From the NCBI GenBank assembly GCA_012295275.1, contig CM022671.1, positions 18,290,001 through 18,354,000 of the forward strand: a stretch of DNA of 64,000 nt. Direction: 5' to 3'. Below, in pieces: positions 52,654-64,000 of the stretch (position 1 is the stretch's first letter; every line of letters starts with the position of its first letter). The position numbers and the translations under genes were made by a program. Origin of the DNA: Chrysomallon squamiferum (Eukaryota; Animalia; Mollusca). The notes under the pieces were generated by a model. The model was not told where the DNA came from, made no database searches, and was given only the letters and a program-made list of their open reading frames with translations.

Positions 52654-54314
52654 TGGATGTTCTTGCGTGCGCATGTTTGTAATTAAACTTCAGCCCAAAT
52701 GGAAACATATTTTATCTCTGACACATACGTATAAACAGGACAAAAAATTGTACACGTCATTTTTAGTTCTAAAATTAGATCGGCACCGAACCGTACGCAA
52801 CGTAATTACACCAGTAAGTACACGATTCTATAAATTCTCCTTGAAGTGTACGTGTGTGTGCGTAAGTATCTGCGTAAGTACGTGCGTCGAGAACCATGTG
52901 ACTGCAGGTCTGCACGTGACAGAAACAGTTCGCGCATGCAGTGATCCGCGCACGCACCTGTTTGACGCCTTACCTGCTAGCGCCGCGTTGTAAACCTATT
53001 TAGTAAGAAAAATAAATCATCTGTTCTTGATGACAGTCTTGCAAAACATTTACTGTTATTCCCTGCATTCCGTCCTCACTTGAACACTGTTTGAACATAT
53101 TTATACAAGCTTCACTTCCATTTCTTCTTCTCTTGCCTTTTTTTATATATTTTTTTTTTCTCCTATTTCTTACTGGGTGTTTTGGTTCTTTTTTTTTTTC
53201 TCTCTCCTGATTCTTATTTTCACTTTTTTTTTTTTTTTTTTTTTTTTTTTTGTTTTTTTGCCCTTCTCCTTTTTCCTTTTTATTTTTTTTTTCCAGACTG
53301 CCACGCGCTTAATGGAAGTATCCAATGGAAGGTGAAGGGTAGACTACACCAGAGGAGTAACCCGAAACCAAGGGCAATCAATCGTTGGCTAAGTTCGTTG
53401 GAAGCAGTTGGGGAAAGTTTTTCTTTCTATGGATGCGATGAACATTCATCATGGTTAGTTTTGAGTAAACGGACTCTACTTATTTTGTACTTACGTTCGA
53501 CATCTGTTAGTCTGTGCTTGGTCTACAGATATATATTATATTATATATATATATATAAAAAATTGTTGACTTTCCGCGACACTGATTTGTTTCTGGCTGG
53601 TCTATATCTACTTACTTTATATTTAAAATATAATTATTTCTCAGAATATTCGGAGCTATTCTATTCTAATCTATATTATTCAATTATTTATTTATTTTGG
53701 ATAATAACGGTACCTTGTTTGCATTTTATAATTTATCTTCTTATGAGTGAATACATATGTGTTACTGTTTAAATGTTTTTCTTCCCACATTACACTGAGG
53801 AACGTAAAATCAGAGATCATGAATACTTGTAAACAAATTTTCACTATTTAACAAATCTTTGCAATGAGATTACGATCTGAAACTGACGATCATCAACGCA
53901 TTTTGATCACAAAATAAACCTAGGTTTTCTCGATAACATTTGTATGCTGTACGAATATTATTACTGTTTCAAATTTTAAAATGTTTCATGATCCCTAACT
54001 TAGTTGTTCGGCATAAGTAAGGAAAAACTGGATAAGAAACCCGATACAGTCATTAGACGACAATATATTTTAATACAGACATTTCGAAATAAACAGGTGT
54101 TTCAATGTGTGAGTAATAGCAATACAATAACACGCCCGAAGAAATGAATAGATATTTTTGTGACAGTTTCTAAATAATCAAAACAGAAATTAAGTAGCAT
54201 TGTCCCGAAAGATTGGAAAATGACAGCTATGTGTACCTCTTCATGCTTGTTATTTTATTGTTATTTTTTATTATTAGCAAATGTTTGTGTCTAAAATATA
54301 CTTACACGTTTTTG

Positions 54315-54396
<82 letters not shown>

Positions 54397-54793
54397 GTGT
54401 GTGTGTACATACTTACATACATACTTACATACATATATATATAAACACTTATAAGTATACGTAATATACGTGCAATACAATATATAATACCTCTGTTCTT
54501 GTTACAGACACACTTTATTGTTTGAAGCTTGAGAATACAGTGCGTTATTTCACAGTTAACACGACCGAACAGGTGAAGTCAATGAAAGGTTGAGTAATTC
54601 CAATTAATGTTCGAGTTGGAACAAAAATCAGACTCAAAGAAATTTTTACAGTTTCCTTGCTTAAAGAGATCTGCTTTTGGCGCCGAACACAGCCAGCAAA
54701 AGTCTTTTCTACGTAATTTTTATTACACCGGAAACGGAATGCATTTTTGTTTTAATTAAACTGTATCTGTAGAAGGAGGCAAAGACCACACGC

Positions 54794-54834
<41 letters not shown>

Positions 54835-55552
54835 TAAAAACCGAATCCTTCACATGCATAGATATTCTAACACATGCACAAACAACGTACCTCAAGAAAA
54901 ATTAACTATTCGCTTTTTGAATTGCTTTATTTAAATTGTCTAAAAGGAAATATTAATTATATTTATTTCTACACAAGAGAACACGTATTTTTATTTAAAT
55001 AGTTTACGTGTCATACTTGAGTATTTCTGTAAACTTTAATTATATATATATATATAAACATGTATGTCCAAGCTTTAAAATCACAAATACGGGTTTGGAT
55101 GGACAACGTTAATCACAAAAATATTCAAAGATGGCTGGCTGTTTTACCTACAACCACTGAGTTTTATCCAAGACAGAAAAAAATTACAAGAAATACTGTT
55201 TATACATTATACATGAAAGAACCTTTTGGTTTTTATCATGTTGCATATAATTTAAGAATTTATTTTATTTGTGTTGAAAAAAACAAATAACGGAATTAAT
55301 TAAAGATAGTTTTAAAGCAATCATCACCGATGCAACTGCAACCACCATCCGTTGCTGCTGATGCTGCTAGTTCTACTACTACAACTACTCTTACAGTTAC
55401 TGCTGATACTTCGTGTAAAACCAGCTACTGATTCAGGTAGTTTACCTTTGCTAATATTATTTCAAGTGCTATTAAACTAGCACTATCAGCTTCAGATACA
55501 TTACTACAACAACTGCTACTGTTTTTACAGGAACGATACATGCATCACAGCA

Positions 55553-55785
55553 ACAACGACAGCTTATACTAAAGCAACAGCAACCTCAACTTATACTAAA
55601 GCAACATCAACGAAAACCTATATTAAAGCAACATCAACGACAACTTATACTAAAGCAACATCAACGACAGCTTACACTAAAGCAACATCAACGACAACTT
55701 ATACTAAAGCAACATCAACGACAACTTACACTAAAGCAACATCGAAGACAACTTACACTAAAGCAACAACGACAACGCATACTAA
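55553..55785 (+). repeat. 27-bp tandem repeat x ~8 (acaacttatactaaagcaacatcaacg)
   Basis: Anchors at 55564, 55591 and onward at 27-bp steps to 55753; one frame reads ATSTTTYTK repeats without stops. Confidence 0.95.
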
Positions 55786-56804
55786 TGTCAGAAGAAATAT
55801 TCACTACAACAACAGCAGTAACAACATATATCAACAATAACAACAACTACTATTACAGGAAAGCAAACACATCACAACGTAAATTAGTACAAGAACAATA
55901 ACTACTGTTACAGAAGAAACACACTACGGCAGCAACGACAACTATTACTGGTACAACAACTACTACTATTGCAAAACAAAACCCCACATACACCACTGCG
56001 TGAACAACATACTAGAACAACAACAAGAGTTACCAGAAAGCTGCGACTAGAACAAAAACTACGACCACTACTACCACTATTGCAATATAATTTCTGCAAT
56101 AATAAATATCTCTGTTTATTGATGATTAAAAGTAAGTACAGCTAATACCATTAAAAAATATCATTCGCGCTACTTAAGATTACAAATGAATTCCAAGATT
56201 ATGCATTCTAAAATCTGACACCGCGATATCAGAGAAAACAGCAGTATCATATAAATATATTACAGCAGTTATTTACTCAAAAAAAAATAAAAAATAAAAA
56301 TAAAAAACTGAATTCCTTCTAAAAATAGTTCAAAAGTGTCAGGAATATTCATTACATGTCATGACGTCATAACAAAATTTAAAAACCAAGGAAACTCCAA
56401 ATAATTTAAGATTGAAATTAAACCTTACCAGAGAAATGAAAAATATCATCGCTTTAATTGTGCGTAATGTCAGAGTAATATAAACCAGACAGTACAGCTG
56501 TTAAGACTGTCAGCAGAGGTGTTAAGAATTAACTGTAATCTATTGTAATTACCTGACACTGACACCAGTACTTTACCTCTGTGTTATGCATCAGGTTAAC
56601 CTTTGTATTGTCTCATAATTTTAGTGCAGTACAGTATATTTGGGAGGTAACTGCAAATCAAAACAAAGGTATTTCATCTATTTTGTGATGTTCTGTAGAT
56701 TAAGGACTATTAGATTATTTATTTTAAAAGACGTCGAAGGGTATAAAGATGACGATGCTGACAATGGTGGTGATGATAACATCAATGATGACTGTGATTG
56801 CAGA

Positions 56805-56856
<52 letters not shown>

Positions 56857-56988
56857 GTAACAACGATAATTATAATGATGATGATGATGATGACGTCGAT
56901 AATAATAGTTATAATAATAATAATGATGATGATGATAATAGTGATGGCAATGCTGTTTATAACAATAATAATAATAATAATAAAAAAA

Positions 56989-57055
<67 letters not shown>

Positions 57056-57129
57056 TAAGTAATACAAATGTAACTTCAGAGAACCTTTCTAGACTTACTT
57101 ACCTTCTTCATAATGTTACATGAGACACA

Positions 57130-57369
57130 TTTCTTTCTCAGCCTAATAAACTAAGTGACTGTCTTCCATTCCCTGCACTTACAGTGATGATGTATATGAA
57201 GATCTAATTTAATTTATTTTTCAGGAGCGAAGCTTAGTGAGAGTACTTTTTATTAACCTAACTGATAGTTTTACACTGATAAGTAATGCTTTCTTTTCCG
57301 TGGTAATTAAAGTTTACCATATATATACAATTGTATGTATGTATGTATGTATGTATGTATGTATGTATG

Positions 57370-57418
<49 letters not shown>

Positions 57419-58370
57419 TAAGTGTAAAATGATCACTTAGCTTATTAGGTTAAAAAATATATTTTTCATCTACAATATATATTCAAAAAAAAAAAAAAAA
57501 GGACTTACACAGTACACACATATGTAGGTATGTATGTGTGTATGTATGTATGTATGTATGTATGTATGTATGTATGTATGAATGTATGTGTGTATGTATG
57601 CATGCATGTGTATATGTGTGGGGGTATATATTTGGATATATATTTTAATGTATGTGTGTATGTGTGTGTGTCTGTGTGTATGTGTATGTCTGTGTCTGCA
57701 TCTGTGTATGTGTCTGTGTGTCTGTGTGTTTCTGTGGTGTATATATTTTCTCAGCCCAATAAGCTAAGTGACATTTTACACTTACAAGTAAAGCTTTCCA
57801 CGGCCCTTACGACTGACCAAGATGATGTATGTGAAAATGACAGTATAATAATTCTTGAAGCTTTAGAGAAGTGGCATTTCTCTCTCACCTTAATAAGCTA
57901 AGTGTTCTCGGTTATGGGTGTGAAGAAAATTAGTAATAATAAATGTTTAATCTATGGGATGGGATGCAGAGGATGGGTTTATGTTTTTAATAATCTAACT
58001 AATTACGATGACGTGATCGAAGATGGTGTGGTGTTAATAACTGTTTAATTTTCCGTGAAAATGATGTCGTGTTTTAAAGAAGGGTGCACCTTTGTAATAA
58101 ACTTACTGACCATGATGGTGTGTTAAAACGAAGATGGCGCAGTATTAATAACTGTTTCATTTTGTGGCTTATAAGAAGATATCTTTTTAATAATCTAAGT
58201 GACCGTGATGACGTCAGTGAAGATAACTAACTGTGTAATTTTGTGGGTATGGGTATCTTTCTAATAAGCTAAGTACCCATAATGGTGTGAACGAACATTT
58301 GCGTAATATTAATAACTGTATAATTTTGTGGGTGGGAGAATCTTTCTCATAAACTAAGTGACCACTTTAC
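57130..58370 (+). repeat. old, diverged ~75-135-bp tandem repeat, interrupted by microsatellites
   Basis: Anchor taataa.ctaagtgac at ~57144, 57757, 57891, 57988, 58095, 58188, 58262 and 58347; second anchor taataactgt..aatttt at ~58035, 58146, 58228 and 58310. Confidence 0.75.
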
Positions 58371-59197
58371 AAAACACATTATCTCGTCAGTGGTGCTCAG
58401 ACTAAAGTTACTGTTCTCTGCTTTACACTTGCTGCTTGACAGGTGCTCTGTCTGAAAGACTCTTCATTTGCACTAAGTTATTTTCGTTATTTCAGAACAT
58501 AGTGCATGCTTGGTAATCTCGAGTATTCAGTCTCTTTTAGGTAAACGGTCAATTATTGATAACACCATTGATCTTTCGCCTTGCTCTTCTTTTTAAAACG
58601 TGAACTGAAAGAAATCTTCGCAAACAAGAACAAAGATTAAATGAAGCTACTTCAACCAGCACCTCGACGTTTGGTGGGAAATTTTTCACAAGAAAAACGT
58701 GGAAACTGTAACAGATTAATTCACATGAATATGGAGACTCTGTAGTTGAGAAAGACAGAAGCTTTGATTTGTCCGACATTTTACATAAAAAACAAAACAA
58801 AAAAAAGTACCATTTTCTTATTGCTTTGACCAAATTTTTCCAGATTGTTTTGTCAGAATTTGGGAGAGAAGTTGCCTCCCGAACCCTCTGTCTTAGTTGT
58901 ACGCTCATGGGTTAACTGTTTGTAAGAAAAAGATACGGCAGACACTTCAGTCATGCCTAATCTTGAAACCTCTGTTGCTGGTCTAAGAAAGATCGCTGTT
59001 GGCATACTGGATAACAGTTAGAAAAGAACTGATATAGTAATCTTAAATACTTTCTGTTGGTTATGGGGATTCACTGTGCTTTAATTTAAACTTCGGACAT
59101 ATTTGATTAATTAAAATAGTCAAACTAACAGACAAGATGTTTTTGTTTTCGGGTTTCGTTAAACCACCAATGGTTCCTTCCTTCACTTAGCTATCAG

Positions 59198-59435
59198 CAG
59201 GAGATTGGGCGCAAACCTTAATCTTAGCAGCATTCAAATCCATTGCTTTACCACAGTCACATCAAGACTGGTTAAGAATAATGTTAGTGCAATTACCTGC
59301 ACGCGATGTTGAACCCTGACATCTTTAAAATCAGTGTCTTAACCACAAGATCATCAAGACGGGAAACATTAGAGTTACTGGATTCGATCCTGAAACTAAA
59401 CACCTTTGAAATCCAAGGCTTAACCATAATATGAT
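59198..59435 (-). mobile_element. three tandem decayed tRNA-derived (SINE-head-like) units
   Basis: Minus-strand units share (gtcttgatg)..tggt(t/a)aag..gattt.aa.g.tg..(ggtt/ggatcgaatcc), i.e. A-box-like and B-box-like elements at tRNA-like spacing. Confidence 0.5.
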
Positions 59436-60951
59436 TACATTATTAGCTAAGATTAATATCAGAAATACATTCATTTATAATACAGTCACGCCCACTTAGA
59501 CTGATATTCCAAGTATTTAACCTTTCAAAGGTTAATAATGTAGCGAAGCGCAGCGGTAGTAGAAAAATCAGTGTTTTGCGCCTCATCATTTTTGCCGTTA
59601 TTATTTCTGCTAGCTCTTGCAGTTAAGCTAATGGCTGTGAATTCAAAGCGTTTGCAAAACGTTAACGTTAGTTTAGCATTCCTGTGACAGACGGCGGAAC
59701 TGCAGGCGAAAAAATAAGAAAGAAAAAAACAACAACAACTGTAGAGCGGTAAAACAAAAAAAAAACATCGACGTTCATGGTGTATGCAACGTAACGTCAA
59801 AGAACGCTTGCTAGGTCAGAACGCTTAACCTCTACATTAGATTGCTATCTTGGCTAGCACCTTTGTGAAACGCGATGCCAGATCTGCTGGAGAAACAAGG
59901 TAAAAAAAAAAAAAAAATAGTAAAAAGGCGTAAAGAAAAAACACATAACACAAGAATGTCAGATTTTTTTTTTTCTTACCTTCTCGTTCCCACCTTGTAA
60001 CTCCGAAAATAACCTCCGCAGATTAACAAATCCGTCAGCACTTTACAGTACTATCTCTCCTTTTTTTTCCCCCTCTTCACCTTTTTTTTTTTTTAATCCT
60101 TTTTTTTTCTTTATCTTTTTTTTTTTTTTCTATCTATTTCTTCCTCACACTGCTCGTTTCCCGGACAAAGACTGACAATTTTGACCTATTAGCTAGGCGG
60201 AAAATTGATGGCGACTTTCCGTTGATGGATTCTGTAACAATCTGTTTACAAAATACCACTGAATGTTTAGAAGGCAAAAGGTGCTGAAGGTTTTATCACA
60301 AACGGTTATTTATTTCAAACGTAAAGAATCAATCTTAATGGGCCTCCCCCCCCCACACACACATTTAGTTTTGAAGGAAAAAAAAGGAAGTGAAAAAACA
60401 AAACAACAACAACCATAAACCTGTTTCCTTACAACAGTTTTCAAGGTGTAACCTTAGCAAGATAATGCCTAGCATTTCTAATTCATGGCAGACCGTACGT
60501 CAATTTATTTTTGTATTGGGAGGCACCTAGATCGCGCCCTGATACCGAATGTTTCCGAAAGAATCTACTTTTAAACGAATTCTTCTTTACAATTAATCTT
60601 CTACAAAATCTATACTAAACAGGACAGGTTACTGTAAACATTTTTCAAAGTCTGCGTTAGAAAGGCGTGCTTTACAGCATGATGTGTTGAAAATCCATTG
60701 AAAATATTCCCTTAGAAAAAAAAACACACACTTTTATACGTCGATGTAATTATTTCCATTATGTTCTTTCTTTTCTTTGTTCTTTTTTTAAATGTTTTTT
60801 TGTCATTTTATTTTTCTTCTTTTTTTTTTTTTTTCATTTTTTTTTTTTTTTTGTCTTTTAAATACGTAATAGCATTTCGCAATAATTCATTTTTTCTACC
60901 TTAATTTTTTCAATACTCACAATAATATCTTTCCTATTTTCTTTTCTTACT

Positions 60952-60985
<34 letters not shown>

Positions 60986-61055
60986 CAATCTTCATTTTGT
61001 TTTGTTATTATTTAGTTTTGTTTTGTCTAGGGGCTTTATTATTACTATTATTATT

Positions 61056-61094
<39 letters not shown>

Positions 61095-61595
61095 TTATGT
61101 AATCTATTTTTTTTTTTATTATTATATTCGAAATATCTCATTCTGTTTCATAATTGCTGTTATTGTTGCTGTTGCTGTTGTTGTTGTTATTGTTATTGTT
61201 GTTATTATTTTAACTACTGCAGAGGGAAAAAATAACAGCGTCGTCTATTACCAAACAAAACTACACTGTGTATTTTAAAAATACGTTTGGATCAGATACT
61301 CATAAGATCCATTAATGTGTGAATGGTCTGATCCTTGACTGTCTCTATGAACAACTTTGCACTATTTTCAATTTTCATTTTTTTTTTTAATACGTCAATG
61401 ATTTCACCACTGGTTACGTCAAGAAATATATTCTGGGTGCTGAACAGGACTGCTTCTAATCTATTTGTGTGTGAAACATACACTAACGTTTTACGAATAT
61501 TCGTTAGTGCCTTTTATTATTATTTTTATTATAATTATTATTATTATTATTTTTTTTTTATGATTGTTATTATTATTATTGTTGTTGATATTGTT

Positions 61596-61631
<36 letters not shown>

Positions 61632-62398
61632 GTTGTTGTTGTTATTATTATTATTATTTTTTCTTCTCTCTCAACCCAACACCTGTTTCCACCATCACCG
61701 GCTTTGTGATGGTATTTTCTATACGAAATACAAACACGTCATTTTTGACAGGCTTGTCCAAACTCTCTCCTCTCCATTGTCGACCATCTTTGTTGGCAAC
61801 CTTGGCCGATCCTATCTACCAAGACGTTCCGAGCACACAAAGAAAGGAAATTCGGTGGAAATGATTTAAGAATCTATCTGCCTCAATCAGGCCATCCAAT
61901 TTTACGCTACTGTGCTTAATATGAGCAGAATTTTCCACAGTACTTAACTTAATTAGAACTGTACATTGGAAAGCAGTATTTTGACACCGCCAATTAAATC
62001 GATTGGTCAGCGGTCAAGTAAAATATCGGTCTTTTGATTGTTATTGCAATACAGCGTAACATTTCCACTTGAAGGAAAATGGTAAATTTTTCTAAGTAAA
62101 ACTAACAAGTCGATCGTAATGAGAAATGGATTCTGAACCCGCTAGTTCATGTTTCACTGTCGTCTGCTGACTGCGGTTAAGATGTTGCGTGACCAATACA
62201 TCAATTTCTACACCAATTTCCTTCTCGTCAGTAAAATAAAGATTTAATATGTATCCGTGTATGTGTGTGAGGGCATCAGTCTTAACGTGTGTTTGTCTCG
62301 TTTTTTTTTTTAATACATATATGTCTGTCTCCATAGATTTATCTATTTATTGTTTATTTGTGCATATGTATCTTCATATACCACAAACAGACGCGTGC

Positions 62399-62412
62399 GT
62401 GTGTGTGTGTGT

Positions 62413-62449
<37 letters not shown>

Positions 62450-62557
62450 TGTGTGTGTGTGTGTGTGTCTGTGTGTGTGTGTGTGTGTGTGTCTGTGTGT
62501 ATACAGATACAGTGAAAGAGAGCGAGATAGGTATGTTTTTTTTAAACCATCTAAAGT

Positions 62558-62588
<31 letters not shown>
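62399..62588. repeat. (TG)n tract followed by an inverted (CA)n tract
   Basis: TG-rich 62399-62500; CA run 62559-62588. Confidence 0.92.
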
Positions 62589-62593
<5 letters not shown>

Positions 62594-63927
62594 TATATAT
62601 ACTGAAACAAACATAGGGAGAATATATACCATACCATATTAAAAACATAATTTTTTCCATCTTATTTTTTTTTTTTTTTTTTTTTTTTTAATCCAGCTAA
62701 AGTACTTTTCTACGCAAAACCGAGGAGAGAGTAAAATGATAAAAATATATCTTTATATATTTTTTTTTCTTCTTTCTTTTTTTGTTCATTTCAGGCCACA
62801 CCTTCCTGCCCACGATAAAATCTGCTTGTCATCACGAGTGTTTTCCTAACAGACTCGAACATATTGTAAGAAAATGAACACCTATTTTTATTATTTCTGA
62901 TACAGGTAATATCTTTCACATTTTTATCATCTACAGTGATTACTTCAGCCAGGTGGGCTGATTTGTGAAGAAAATGAAGCGATTTGCTATGAGACAAGGC
63001 TGAGATTTAGAAAAAATATATATTCTTGTAGGTGGTGTCGTTCTTTATGTTGTTGTTGTTGTTGTTGCTGTTTCTGTTTTATTATTATTATTACTTTTAT
63101 TATTATTATTGTTGTTGTTGTTGCTGTTGCTGTTTTATTTTATTATTATTATTATTATTACTTTTATTATTATTATTGTTGTTGTTGTTGTTGCTGCTGA
63201 TATTATAATTGTTATTATTATTACTATAGCAATCTTGCATTATAATTGTTATTAAAATTAGTATGTTTTTATTATTCTTCTTCTTTTTATAATCATGATG
63301 ATGATAATGATGATGATGATTATTATTATTATTATTATTATTATTACTGTTGTTGTTGTTGTTGTAGTTGTTGTTGTTGTTGTTGATACCGCCATTGCTA
63401 TCGTTATGTAGGTTCTTGTTTTTCAACATTCGGCTACTTATATTCAATCGCTCAGTTTCACATTTTCGTTCCCTTGTTTTCTCTGTGAATCTCTCAACGT
63501 GCCGCTTACTTCGTCAGTGTGTCTGTCGGTCTTTGTGATGGATGGACGGATAAACCACGGATTTATGAATATGCGACTTATATATGAATGGACGCACTGA
63601 CAGATGGATCAGTAGACACAAGGATGGATGGATGAACAAGCATATAAATAAACAGGATTTCTTCAAATCTCACCATTCAGAACTTTTTGTAATATATCTT
63701 GCTTGCGAGATTGAAAATTATACGACTGATCGATTCGACTGCTTGGCTATTGCGCACTTTTTAATTCAAACGAAAGATAAATCGATTATTAAATTCACCA
63801 ACATGATCTCAGCATAAAATGACCATTTATCAAGTGTGTGTTTTTTTTACTTCTTCCTTTCTGTTTTCTATTTGTGGAATCTTTGAATAACTGAGCTTTT
63901 TTTCATATTGGAATCTGTGTCGTTCTG

Positions 63928-63983
<56 letters not shown>

Positions 63984-64000
63984 AATATATATGAAGAAAA

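Noticed and set aside
54514-54540. Partial match to miR-137 (gcttgagaataca)
   Set aside because: The seed end is interrupted, the 3' end differs and there is no complementary hairpin arm.
58549-59040. Coding-looking unique stretch (possible pseudogene or transposon ORF)
   Set aside because: All plus-strand frames are interrupted by stops and neither they nor the 119-aa minus ORF show a motif I recognise; it cannot be supported without a blastx search.

Overview
This window is AT-rich eukaryotic (metazoan) DNA that looks intronic or intergenic. The SINE-like remnants resemble molluscan, probably gastropod, families as I recall them, which needs a Dfam/Repbase check. I found no recognisable protein-coding gene, rRNA, intact tRNA, transposase or CRISPR array, and nearly all ORFs in the supplied track are translations of microsatellites. 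The window alternates between dense microsatellites and short, CpG-retaining unique islands carrying regulatory-type motifs (CRE, CCAAT, YY1/Pho, RFX, E2F, SBE). It also holds several minisatellites: a ~61-copy 32-bp array with incipient higher-order repeats, a 1.1-kb A/C array locked in a 4-nt register, and 27-, 33-, 37-, ~90- and ~120-bp units. Decayed tRNA-derived SINEs are present. The best leads are: (1) a repeat-plus-microsatellite-spacer array whose repeat carries the hammerhead-like core CTGATGA..GAAAC; (2) a separate decayed Penelope-type hammerhead-like motif; (3) a stop-free Thr-rich 9-aa repeat frame behind a splice acceptor; (4) a minisatellite-built cluster of 12 same-strand GGATTA sites; (5) a candidate minus-strand exon near 11.7-11.9 kb. 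All functional readings are hypotheses.
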